This document shows, piece after piece, positions 12,281 through 24,545 of a stretch of DNA of 64,000 nt. A program made the position numbers and the translations under genes. The stretch is from Octopus sinensis (lineage: Eukaryota): the NCBI RefSeq assembly GCF_006345805.1, contig NC_043003.1:105338001-105402000 (forward strand). Reading direction: 5' to 3'. The notes under the pieces are model-generated. The model saw nothing but the letters and a program-made list of their open reading frames with translations. It had not been told where the DNA came from and did not search any database. Position 1 is the stretch's first letter, and the number at the start of each line of letters is the position of its first letter.

Positions 12281-12999
12281 CTTTTCCATGCCCTTGAACA
12301 TCCCATAAAGTAAGTTAGCTTAAAATTAGTTAATTAGTTCCCTAGGTTGTTGCTTTTCATCAAAAATCGCCCCAAGTTGATTTCCTACATGTTTTATTGG
12401 ATAAACTTATTATTGTTCCAGGTACTTTCTCATAAATTCCCCATGCTTTTCCATCTAGATTTACCTCCAGCTAACCCATTTGCATGCATCATTTTTCTCT
12501 TGCTTTTCTTCCGTCAACCTGTACATAACTGCACCTTCCATTTTTTGTTGTTTCTGCACTGCTTTAAGGCACGTTTCTTTCCTGCCAAGCTTACTGTTTA
12601 ACCCGTGTTTGTGTTCTCCCAGTCAACAGCTTTTATCATTAGTGCTACTTTAAACTCTTCGGTTGCATATTTGTGTGAATAAAATCGTTTTTCTTTGGAA
12701 TAGAAAAAAAATCCATCTTTATTTCTTCTTTTGCTGGTGTTTCAAATTTAGGTTAAGTCAGTGGTTCTCAAAGGGGAGGCCCTATGGGACAGTCGGACAA
12801 GTTGTTTTGAGAAAATTTGCTTTAAATGTTTGACAACTCAGCACCGTTCATTGGAGGGGGGGGGACTTTTGCTCGTGATCAGATCTTCTGTTGTTAGGCT
12901 TTACTTGTTTTTCCGTACCTGTAAGTAATAACTATACAGAGTAGGACAATACTCCACTTATCTCTGTCTTCCTTGACATATATGTATATATATATATAC

Positions 13000-13035
<36 letters not shown>

Positions 13036-13094
13036 TAAATTAGAGATAAGTTTGGATTTAATCCCTAATATTATATATATATATATATATATTA

Positions 13095-13872
13095 GCAGCT
13101 GAGGGAACCTGTGGAAAAAGTAGACCCACGAAGACCTGGGATGAGGTGGTGAAGCATGACCTTCGAACATTGGGCCTCACCAAGGCAATGACTAGTGACC
13201 AGGACCTCTGGAAATATGCTGTGCTTGAGAAGACTCGGCAAGCACAAGTGTGACCATAACCTGTGGCCTATGCCAGGGGTGTAACCAGTCCACTTATGCA
13301 TGCCTTTTCTTCATTGGACACTAAACTCTGCTTGCAAAGACCAGTTGAGGCAAGTGAAATCAAAGTCGGAATCAAACTCGATTGCAAAGACCTATTGAGG
13401 CAAGTGAAATCGAAATCAAACTTGGTGATTGGCATCCGTTGCTAGTGGAGCGCTAAGATTACCATACAAGTGAGATCGTTGCCAGAGCAACAAGCTGGCC
13501 TTCGTGCCGATGGCATGTTAAAAACACCATTCGAGCGTGATCGTTACTTGCGTCGCCGTACTAGCACTTGTGCTGGTGGCACGTGAAAAAACATTTGAGC
13601 GAGGTCGTTGCCTGTGCCACTGGACTGGCTCCTGTGCAGGTGGCACATAAAAAGTACCATTTGAGCATGGAAATTGCCAGTACCACCAAACTGACCCTCA
13701 TGCCGGTGGCATGTAAAAGCACCCACTACACTCTCATAGTAGTTGGCGTTAGGAAGGGCATCCAGCTGTAGAAACTCTGCCAGATCAGATTGGAGTCTGG
13801 TTCGCCAGACCTCAGTCAAATCATCCAACCCATGCTAGCATGGAAAGCGGACGTTAAATAATGATGATGATG
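13095..13872 (+). mobile_element. 5'-truncated RTE-clade LINE: ORF2 C-terminus, long 3' UTR with VNTR, (GAT)n tail
   Basis: Translates to GTCGKSRPTKTWDEVVKHDLRTLGLTKAMTSDQDLWKYAVLEKTRQ. This is followed by tandem units of about 64 nt, then ggcgttaggaagggcatccagctg and (gat)n. Confidence 0.85.
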
Positions 13873-14496
13873 ATATATAGTTAATCCAAACATGAACAAA
13901 GAGAAAACACAACAATGCGAGGACATGGAACAAGTATAGTGTTATTGGACGCTCAGGAAAGGAAAGAAAGATTGAGGATTTAACGTTTCGAGTGGAGCTC
14001 TTCATTAGAAACATAGAAAAAGGAAAGATCCAAGGAAGGGAAGACGGAGAGGAAAAATCGCCAATGATACACATATTGAAATGACTGGAAGGGAATGGGT
14101 GAAGAAAAAGTTCTTTCAAAGACAGGAGAGTCCAAGAGAAGGAGGTATGTGTGCGTATGTGCATATATATATGGACTGGCAGGTTGGCAGCTTGCCTGAT
14201 GGCAAGTGGTCCCCTGCACCATTAGAATCCATACATGGGGGCCCCTTTTAGTATCTAAGAGGCCCATCCCCTCATGTTTGAGAATTTTTTTATTCACTCC
14301 TGGAAGAATACATTAATTATTTCAGCCTGACTGTGTTTGTAGACAATTGAAAAGAATACTTTTAGCAAAAACAAAAAAAACTAAATGATAGCATTGTAGT
14401 TGCGAGTGGGCCCCCTTAGTCTCCTGGCAACCAATATTTTTTAGACCCAGTCTGACACTGTATATACATATATATATATGTGTGTGTGTGTATATA

Positions 14497-15968
14497 CAGG
14501 GGGTGGACAAAATAATGGAAACACCTTAAAATTTCAAACAAATTTATTTTAATATGGAGTATGACTGCTTTTGGCAGTAATTACTGCTTGAATTCTATGA
14601 GGCATGGTCTTGTACAAAGTTTGAATTGTTTCCAAAGAGTTTTTGTCCGTCTTCCCTTCCTTGGATCTTTCCTTTTTCTATGTTTCTAATGAAGAGCTCC
14701 ACTCGAAACGTTAAATCCTCAATCTTTCTTTCCTTTCCTGAGCGTCCAATAACACTATACTTGTTCCATGTCCTCGCATTGTTGTGTTTTCTCTTTGTTC
14801 ATGTTTGGATTAACTATATATCATCATCATCATCATTTAACGTCCGCTTTCCATGCTAGCATGGGTTGGACGATTTGACTGAGGTCTGGCGAACACAAAT
14901 ACGGTTCTTCAGCTAAAACAGTCTCCAGTTCTTGTAGTGATGATGGTGGAGGATATCAAATCCTTACTTGTTTTTCTAAAACGCACCATAAATGTTCAAT
15001 AATATTGAGATCTAGGGACTGTGGTGGCCAGATAAGATGTTCAACTTCATTAGAATGTTCTTCGTGCCATTCAGTAACAACTTTAGCTGCATGCATTATC
15101 ATCCTAAAAGATTGTGTTTCCCTCTGGAAACACTTTTACAACCATAGGAGGAATTTGGTCACATAAAATGCTTAAATAGTCTTGACTATTAATTCTGCCA
15201 TGAAGGGAAACCATTGGGCCGGTAGATTTCCAAGATATAGCTCCCGCCCCCAGGTCATCACAGAGCCTCCTCCGTGTTTAACAATTGGAAAAAGGCAGTC
15301 TGGGTCAAATGTTTCTTTTGGCTGTCTCCACACTTATACTCTGCCAGTGATCAGAAATAAGGTAAAGGATGACTTGTCCAAGAAAATAACATTCCCCCAC
15401 TGCTCTAGGGATCAATTCTTTAGGTTTTTACTCCACTCTAAACGCTTTGCAGCATTTGTTTTTGAAAGTATTGGTTTTCTGATTGCAGCCTTCCCATGAA
15501 ATCCGGCTTTATGCAGGTTCCCGGGGTGGTCATTAAGCTCTGCAGTAATTTTGGGAGCTGTATATTTGTGACCTTTTCTAACAATTCCTACAAGAGATTT
15601 GGTTTTCTTCTGGAGTTTTGTTTTAATGAGGAGGTTTTTCCCTCTTTCTCAAAGGCTGTCATTACTTTCGAGACAGTACTTCTTGATACACCAAACATTT
15701 CAGCTGTTTTCGTTATGCTAGCACCTGCCATACGAGCACCAACAATTTGACCTCTTTGAAAGTCTGACAGATCTGTCATTTTAATGAATTTTAATTACCT
15801 ATTTCTGATGATATCTGAAAAGAAACAGCAAATTTAGCTAAACATATTAAGCAACATTAATAATAAATCAAAAAACATAAAAATAAACAAGCTTTTGACG
15901 GTTTTAAAGATATTTCCAGATTATGATGCTATGATGCTAGGTGTTTCCATTATTTTGTCCAACACCTG
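14497..15968 (-). mobile_element. Tc1-family transposon, decayed transposase at about 15779-14549
   Basis: 30-bp TIRs CAGG(G/T)G(G/T)TGGACAAAATAATGGAAACACCT. Paired-like N-terminus MTDLSDFQRGQIVGARMAGASITKTAEMFGVSRSTV and the KHGGGSVM motif are present. Interrupted by frameshifts and a 249-bp insert. Confidence 0.92.
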
Positions 15969-16368
15969 TGTATATATATTATTGTATCTTGGGAGATTCA
16001 TTCTATTTTAATGCCTTATTAGTTGACACACTCACTGGTTCAATTTCCACTCATTTACTTATATATTTTTACTAAAGTTTTTGCTACGTCTTGCAACCGC
16101 TTCAATGGTTGTTGACTCTGTTTGTTATCAGTGTTGTGTGTCAGTATGCATGTGGGTACACATTTGTATGTATGTATGTGTGTCTGTATGTATGTATGTG
16201 TGTGTATGTGTGTGTATGCATGTGTGTATGTATGCATACATATATGTATGCATGTGTGTGTGTGTGTGTGTGTGCACTTGTCTGTTCGTATTATCTATGT
16301 ACATATCTATCTAACTTATTTATCTGTTTACTTACATATCCATTTATCTACTTATATATATGTTTATA

Positions 16369-16488
16369 CGAGGGTGAGTCAAAAAGTAATGCCATTTTGT
16401 TTAGGACAGGTATAATTACCAACACAGGAACATGTATCCTACATCAAAATGAAGCTGGTCCTCTGTGGATCACATCCCCACTTCTCAA
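16369..16488. mobile_element. Truncated single arm of the same mariner MITE family
   Basis: Near-identical to 55774-55890. Confidence 0.8.
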
Positions 16489-17045
16489 CTATGATTGTGA
16501 GACCATGGTTTTGATTCCCCGACCAGCTGCATGTTATGTTCTTGATCAAAAAACTTCATTTCACATCATCCGAGTCCACTTGGCTGTAAATAAGTAACCC
16601 TGCGCTGGACTAGCCTTCCTATCAGAGGCCTACATGCCTAGCCAGTGAGGTGGAATCATTCAAAAGCTAAAACCAAGCAAAGCACATTGTGACCATCAAT
16701 GTAGGACAACATCTGATCGTCTGATCTGTCACATGATGTATTTTGACAGATGGGTGACAAGATCAATGATGGGGATGGATACACATGTTCCCTTTATTAG
16801 ATTTAATTTTAAATAAAACCAAAAATAGTAGAATGTTGTTGTGCATAAGTTTGGGGTGGGGGTTATTGGAAGAATGACCTTTCCAGAATACAATATCTGT
16901 CTACAGAACTAGTCTGGGAACATTTTGATGCCACCTCATAAATCTCCTTCAGTAGCCTCATTAAGTGTGAATTTGTAGACCAACTCATGTAGCCCTGACC
17001 AGAACTAGTCAACTTGAACTCTATATTTAATCCTCCTATAAACAT

Positions 17046-17350
17046 ATCATCATCATCATTATTTAATGTCTGTTGTCCATGCTGGCATGGGTTGGACGGT
17101 TTGACTGGACTGGCATGCTGTAAGGCTGTGCCAGACTCCAGCCTTATTTGGCATGGTTGTCTATGGCTGGATGCTCTTCCTAACGCCAACCACTCCAAGA
17201 GTGTAATGGGAGCTTTTACTTGCTACCGACACAGGTGCCATTTGCATGACACCAATATCTGCCACAACATAATGCCAGAGGTTTTGGTCATTGCCTCCGT
17301 GAGGCCCAACACTCAAAAGGAACTCAGTCACTTTGCTCCCATCAGGCCCA
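17046..17350 (-). mobile_element. RTE 3' UTR copy
   Basis: Same diagnostic tail. Confidence 0.75.
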
Positions 17351-18007
17351 ACGTTCAATGGTTGATTTTTACATGCCACCAGCACAAAATATATTCTGCA
17401 CCTCACTGTCATCCTCATCATCATTGCCACTGCCTTTGCCATTGATGTCATTGTTGCTTAACATCCATACTCCATGCTGGCAAGGGTTGGATGGTTTCAT
17501 AAGATCCCGGGGACTCAAAGACTGCATCATGCCCCAGTATGTGTTTAGCATAGTCTCTACAGTTAGATTCCTACTCTAACACCAACCAGGGGAATTTCAA
17601 CCATGTTTCGTGGTCTGCTACCACAACAGCTCCTTTATAGGATCCAGTTAGCTCAAGATATCATCAGGAGGAACCACGTCTGGTTTCAGCTCCTACTCCT
17701 CTACCATTTTGATGTGGTGGGGCCCACCACTTTCGGATGTGTCTTCAGCTCTGGTGTTGGGTGCATGTCTTCTTTCTTCTTCTTTCTTCTGTTCCCTGGC
17801 CTCTACAATGTATCGTCAGCGAGTGTCAGCCGGTGACTGACTGACTTGTCAAATTTTTCCATTCAAATACCTGCCGCTAGGCTCCAGCAGGCAGCCCCAG
17901 CAAGTTGTCACGTGATACTGTCTCAACTTTAACTGACCAATGAAGGCGCGTAGTCTCAGCCCACGCATTCCCTAAACAATACCGTCATCTGTCAATCAGC
18001 GAAGCTA

Positions 18008-19297
18008 CGAGGGGCGTTCAATAAGTAATGCCCCTGACCCACTTCCCATAGCAGTAGAGCAACGAAACTTGGCACAGTTATTAGTCTTTTTCTACATAGG
18101 AACCACCCGGAGTTACGCATTTCTCCCATTGTTTGATGCAGGTCTGGAGACCGTTTTTGTAGAAGACCCCAGCTTGGTCCTCCAACCTGAACGTGACTTC
18201 AGAAATCAAGGCTGCATCATCTGGGAAACGCTTTCCTTTCAAAAACAACTTCATGACTGGGAAGAGGTGAAAATCAGAGGGTGCAAGGTCAGGAAAGTAG
18301 GGGGATGGGGGAGGAGTTCATAGCCATACGCCTGTGCTTCTGATCTGGCGACAAGCGAGTTGTGGACCGGAGCGTTGTCCTGCAGGAGGAGGATGCCTTT
18401 GCTGGTCTTGCCCCGCCTCTTGATTTTGATAACTTCTCTTAATTTCCTCAAAAGTGAAGCATAATAAGCTCCTGCAATTGTGGTACCCTTTGCCAGGAAA
18501 TCTGTCATCACTACTCCGTCCTGGTCCCAGAAGACTGTGAGCATGACCTTGCCAGCGGAGGGCTGCACCCTTGCCTTCTTTGGAGGAGGTGAGTCACGGT
18601 GCTTCCACTGCATTGACTGGGCTTTGGTCTCTGGATCATCGTGATGGACCCAGGTTTCATCCTGTGTAATCAGTCTTTTGAAAAATTTTGACTCATCTTC
18701 TTGGCACATCTCCAAATTCACCCTCGAGCACTCGACGTGTTCTTGCTTCTGGAAAGGCGTGAGCAACCTGGGAATCCATCTGGCAGACACCTTTTGCATA
18801 TGCAAATGGTCATGAATGATAGTTTCCACAGACCCGGTACTAATCTTGACCTCATGGGCTATTTGGCGAATAATTATGCGTTGATCTTCCAAAATGGCAG
18901 CCTCAACTTGACGGACAGATGCCTCATCAATGGCAGAAGGGGCGACCAGATCTGGGAGCTGTTTCCACAGAGTTCCGACCATGTTTGAATTCACGATGCC
19001 AGCGTTTTACAAGGTCATATGATGGGGCATCATCACCATAAGTTACTTTCATTCCATCAAAAGTCTCCCGTGGTGTGCGTCCTTTCAAATACAAAAACCA
19101 GATCACTGCTCGACACTCAACAGGCTCCATTTCACACTTGACTCGGTTCAAACACCCTTAAATCAGAAACCACAATTAATTCAGAGCTGTAATTTGCCAC
19201 TTACTCTATAGAGATATAAATGATTGCACATGCAAAATTTCAGCTAGATCAAACAACTGCAAGTGGGTCAGAGGCATTACTTATTGAACGTCCCTCG
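18008..19297 (-). mobile_element. Full-length mariner transposon (DD34D, irritans/Hsmar2-like), frameshifted transposase at about 19130-18081
   Basis: TA target-site duplications on both sides and 37-bp TIRs CGAGGGGCGTTCAATAAGTAATGCC... with 2 mismatches. Motifs WIPRLL, ITQDETW, QDNAPVH and YFPDLAPSDF are present, with two frameshifts. Confidence 0.95.
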
Positions 19298-19602
19298 TAA
19301 TTCAGTGTCAGCTTGTCTCACCTAGTGATGTTATATTCAAGCCATTTTTGGTCTTCCCGCTTCAACCATATATAGAAGCTGGTTTTTTCGACACAATGTT
19401 TATTGAAAAATCACATTTTTATGATAAAAATGTTGTTTCAAAGGTATTTTCACTAAAGGTTCTTACTTAAAGCTAAGTAAGTCTTCACTTTAATAAGGAT
19501 ACATTGGCATTAGAGATGTTATAACCCCAGAAACGGTCTCAGGTGCATTGGTATCAAAAGCCAAAAAGCTTTTCAAAGTAAAACTCTCTTTTAGATATTA
19601 TT

Positions 19603-19827
19603 TCTTTATTGCCCATAAGGGGCTAAACATAGAGGGGACAAACAAGGACAAACGGATTAACTCGATTACATCGACCCCAGTGCGAAACTGGTATTTTATT
19701 TATCGACCCCGAAAGGATGAAAGGCAAAGTCAACCTCAGCGAAATTTGAACTCAGAACGTAGCAGCAGAAGAAATACTACTAAGTATTTCACCCGGTGTG
19801 CTAACGGTTCTGCCAGCTTGCCACCTT
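19603..19827 (-). mobile_element. SINE family C
   Basis: Reverse complement of the 25657 copy. Confidence 0.85.
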
Positions 19828-20285
19828 TTAGATATAATGGTAATGATGTTAAAGAACTAGAATTACTACAAGTCTAATAACTGGAACCATGCAGTTAATA
19901 TAAAGAAACCAGAATAAATTTAGAATCATAATAAAGCCATTGTGTTCGGTTTTTGAGTAAACATGACACTCTGCCTGACTGACAGAAAACAGGCTTCATT
20001 GGCAACATGAAGTTTGAGTGGTTGGTCGGAGAAAGAGCACCTGCTTAGGATAAAAGCAATTATTGAAAAATATCATTTCAAAACTATCACAATTGGTTAT
20101 GAATCAAAACTAGTTTCTATACCAACATGAGGACTGTTGGTGCAATTTCTTTCTTGTCAGCTCAGCTAACTGGTTCATGTGCAGTTGTTTGGTGCACAGG
20201 AGAATATATTTTGAGTGTACAGTGTGGTCCGAAAGTCTTGTCACTACCTGTAAATATTATTTTAATTTTTTGTTATCAAGTATAA

Positions 20286-20680
20286 GGACAGGAGTGGCTG
20301 TGTGGTAAGTAGCTTGCTTACCAACCACATGGCTCTGGGTTCATTCCCACTGCCTGGCATCAGGGGTAAGTGTCTTCTACTATAGCCTCGGGCTGACCAA
20401 AGCCTTGTGAATGGATTTGGTAGACGGAAACTCAAAGAAGCCTGTCGTATATATGTATATGTGTGTGTGTGTGTATTTGTGTGTCTGTGTTTGTCCCCCT
20501 AGCATTGCTTGACAACTGATGCTGGTGTGTTTATGTCCCTGTCACTTAGCGGTTCGGCAAGATAGATTGATAGAATAAGTACTGGGCTTACAAAGAATAA
20601 GTCCTGGGGTCGATTTGCTCGACTAAAGGCGGTGCTCCAGCATGGCCACAGTCAAATGGCTGAAACAAGTAAAGAGTAAG
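20286..20680 (+). mobile_element. SINE family A
   Basis: Family consensus match. Confidence 0.9.
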
Positions 20681-20877
20681 GAGAAAGTTTCACAAGAGAG
20701 ATACCAGTAATACCCAACAGTTGAAGGATGATGATTCAGCAGCCTTTGTAACAATCATTAAAGCACGGCTTCATAAGATTATATCCCCCAGGACATGATG
20801 CTGCATGATTTTGTGCCATGAAAATGATGGTGTTGATAGAAACCTTCAGTGTCAGTATCAATGAAAGGGAATATACT

Positions 20878-21190
20878 GGCACTTAAAAGGCACCATTCGA
20901 GTGTGATCGTTACCAGCATCGCCTTACTGGCACCCGCACCAGTGGCATGTGTAAAAGATTCTAGCAAGGTCGTTGCCAGTACTGCCTGACTGGCCCCATG
21001 CCGGTGGCACGTAAAAGCACCCACTACACTCTCAGAGTGGTTGGCGTTAGGAAGGGCATCCAGCTGTAGAAACTCTGCCAGATCAAGATTGAATCCTGGT
21101 GCAGCCATCTGGTTCACCAGCCCTCAGTCATACGCCCAACCCATGCTAGCATAGAAAATGGACGTTAAATGATGATGATGATGATGATGA
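20878..21190 (+). mobile_element. RTE 3' UTR copy
   Basis: VNTR units plus (GAT)n tail. Confidence 0.8.
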
Positions 21191-22410
21191 CTACATGGGT
21201 TTGATATTATTATATTGTTCTTATTACTTTTCGGCAGAAGGCAACAAGACTTTAGGACCACCCTATACTAGGTAAAAGCCATATATTTTGGATGTGCCAG
21301 GTTAGGGTTGTAAATTTTTGGCATGCTTGGTAAGGGCTATATATTTTGGACATTCTAAGCGTTATATATTGTGGGTGTGCTAGGTAAATGCCAAATATAT
21401 AAAGATGGGAAATTTTCTTTATGATAATTTTCTTCTTGATATAATCTTCTTGATTTGTTATTTTCTTATCTAATAATACTCACCCAAGAACAGAAACCAA
21501 GTTCAGTTGAGGGTGTTTTGCACATTGAAATAACTCAAAATTTGCATGTTTATACTTACACTTGAGTGGCTGGTTTAGGTAGTGGGTAGCGATTTTCTTC
21601 ACTACTTGGGGAGTGATGACCCTGCCTGACACGAGTCCCGGGCTCAACTGGCTCCGGCTGACAGTACCCAGTATGGGCCCCTATCCAGGGTTACAGAAAG
21701 GAGACAACCTTCAAAGAATTCTGGAGCGGAGCCCCATAGGCAGTCTAGTGTCTGACTCGACACTCTTCTGGCAGCTCCTGCAACCAAGCTGGTGCCAAAC
21801 ATAATGCTCTGCACTCCTTTGGACTATGTCAGCAAGGTCGAGAGAGGAATCCTGACGATTGGACTAGCCAGGATTTTCTTACATCAAGCCCAGTCCTGCG
21901 CAAATCTGGAGAGGACATGAAATGGAAAAACCAGACTGGATTATTTTATGTGCAACTCCATTGTCTCCTGAGACAAAAGGATGCCAACAATGAGTAGCTG
22001 GTACATCATGATAATACGGCTTGTGACAACAGCAACAACAACAATGATTATATACCCCTAGTTTATCAAAGTACAAAAACTGAATGGTTGTAAGTAGTTA
22101 AGTCTGAACCAATGACCATTCGTTTGTAATCTAGTCAAATCTACTAAACACTCAACGAATAAATTATCTGTTTGTTATCCTGTTGAACCAAAAAGATAAA
22201 TTCCATTACAAATGTAACGATTAATTGTCAACATAATTAGCAATCAAGTCTAATTGTCAATGTAGAAATGTCAATAAATGGGTGCATGCATGTAATTAGC
22301 TGTTGTATGATTGATAAAAAGGTAAGGAGTTAACTTATTATACTGTGGCTAATGAAAGAGTGGAATACAGAATATTAGGACACTGCTTAATGGGAATATA
22401 TAATACTGTA

Positions 22411-22780
22411 GGTGCAGGAGTGGCTGGGTAGTAAGTAGTTTGCTTACCAACCACATGGTTCTGGGTTCAGTCACACTGTGTGACACCTTATGCAAGTGTC
22501 TTCTACTATAGCCTCGGACCAACCAAAGCCTTATGAGTGGATTTGGTAGACGGAAACTGAAAGAAGCCCATCATATATATATGAGTTTGTCCCCTCCAAC
22601 ATCACTTGACAACCGATGCTGGTGTGTTTACGTTCCCGTAACTTAGCAGTTCAGCAAAAGAGACCGATAGAATGAGTACTAGGCTTACAAAGAATAAGTG
22701 CTGGGGTCGATTTGCTCAACTAAAGGCGGTGCTCCAGCATGGCCACAGTCAAAAGACTGAAACAAGTAAATAGAGTAAAG
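22411..22780 (+). mobile_element. SINE family A (a 3' half copy follows at 23160-23400)
   Basis: Family consensus match. Confidence 0.88.
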
Positions 22781-22873
22781 GAATACTAATATTTATTAAA
22801 ACAGGAGACTGGAGACAGTTTTTAGCATTTTATCTATTCACCATTACATGTGTTTAATTTGCTAATAGGAATA

Positions 22874-22904
<31 letters not shown>

Positions 22905-23095
22905 CCAAACAGATACAAGCAAGAAAAAAACAATGTGAGGACGTGGAACAAGTACTGTGTTATTGGATGCTCAGGAAAGGAAAGAAAAGAAAGAGGATTT
23001 CATGTTTTGAGCGGAGCTCTTCATCAGAAATATAGAAAAAGTCCAAAGAAGGGAAAACAGAGAAAGAAAATCGCCAACGATACACACATGGTCAC

Positions 23096-23142
<47 letters not shown>

Positions 23143-23729
23143 TGTGTGTGTGTGTGTGTGTTTATGTACGTGTGTGTGTTTGTGTGTCTATGTTTGTCCT
23201 CCACCCCACCCATCCACTACCATTGCCTGACAACTAATGCTGGTGTGTTTACATTCCAGTAACTTAGCGGTTCGGCAAAAGAGACCGATCGAATAAGTAC
23301 TGGGCTTACAAAGAGTAAGTCCTGGTTGTCGTTGTGCTCAACTAAAGGCAGTGCTCCAGCATGGCCGCAGTCAAATGACTGAAACAAGTAAAAAGACTAA
23401 AAGGAAGAATCCATACAACACCTCTGCAGTTCTTGTGAACACATAAATGAAATCGGTAAACCAAGCAGAATGGCAGACACGCTTAAGAAAGCATTCAATT
23501 TTAACCAGCAAAACAACAACAACAGCTATACTTTACAAGCAACACATTTCATGCATAATGCAAGACAATCCACCCTAAATTATGTTACCCCTACCTGAGC
23601 CCTAATCTCTCCATGATTAGCCATAAAATACAATATAAAGCACAGTAAACAGCAATACACTGTTCACCATGATAGATCGCTAGGCACTAAACCTTTTTCT
23701 ATTTTCTCTCCCTGTTTATTTCTGTATTC

Positions 23730-23765
23730 CTTTCTGTTGAAGAGCATAGGCTCGAAACGTAAAAG
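23730..23765 (+). ncRNA. Minimal type-I hammerhead-ribozyme-like motif (core variant CUGUUGA)
   Basis: CTTT-CTGTTGA-A-GAGC[ATAG]GCTC-GAAAC-GTA-AAAG. Stem I, stem II, GAAA, palindromic ACGT stem III and a GUA triplet are all in place. Confidence 0.55.
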
Positions 23766-23801
23766 ACTTTCTCACTTTCCAAGTGTTAGACTAATACATC
23801 T

Positions 23802-24025
23802 CTTTTATTCTTTTACTTGTTTCAGTCAATTTTGACTGCAGCCATGCTGGAGCCCCGCCTTTAGTTGAGCAAATCGATCCCAGGACTTATTCTTTGTAAG
23901 CCTAGTACTTATTCTATTGGTCTCTTTTGCCAAACCACTAAGTTACGGGGACATAAACACTCCAGCATCGGTTGTCAAGCGATGTTGGGGGACACACACA
24001 CACAAACATATTCACACACATACAC

Positions 24026-24074
<49 letters not shown>

Positions 24075-24232
24075 ATGGGCTTCTTTCAGTTTCCATCTCC
24101 CAAATCCATCACAAGGCTTTGGTCGGGCCGAGGCTACTGTAGAATACACTTGCCCAATGTACCGCACAATGGGACTGAGACCAGAACCATGTGGTTGGTA
24201 AGCAAGCTACTTACCACACAGCCACTCCTGTG
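23802..24232 (-). mobile_element. SINE family A inserted into a hammerhead-bearing repeat
   Basis: Family consensus with a ctaa(ta)catct-like TSD. Confidence 0.88.
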
Positions 24233-24329
24233 CCTAACATCTGTTTGTAGTTTACACACCTGTCTTCGTCTTTTGTTTTTTTTTTTGTAAATTCTCACTA
24301 CATCGATTAATACTTTCTTCTTTAGGTGC

Positions 24330-24545
24330 CACGTCCAGGATGTAGGACATAGGGGAATCGTGTCCTGTCACTATTCTCTGTTCTTGGTTTTCTGTAACAG
24401 TTCCTCTTCCTGATGTTTCATGTTCCTTTCTTCTAACCAATTCCTCCAGCTTCACATCCAGATCATCCCTTCCATTTCCTCTGCTTTTCCCAGCTTCTAT
24501 CTCTCCAATCATTGCTAAATTCTCCAAACCCTTTTCCCTTGTAGA
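24330..24545 (-). mobile_element. 3' fragment of another RTE-like LINE
   Basis: REKGLENLAMIGEIEAGKSRG resembles the RTE C-terminal GKIEGxRxRGR motif. Confidence 0.5.

Noticed and set aside
12340-12670. Purine-rich minus-strand frames with a faint resemblance to R4-type RT C-terminus (EKHGEFMRK)
   Set aside because: Multiple stops and too degenerate to call.
18069-18988. Plus-strand ORFs over the mariner, and 15182-15750 over the Tc1
   Set aside because: These are antisense shadows of transposase coding sequence.
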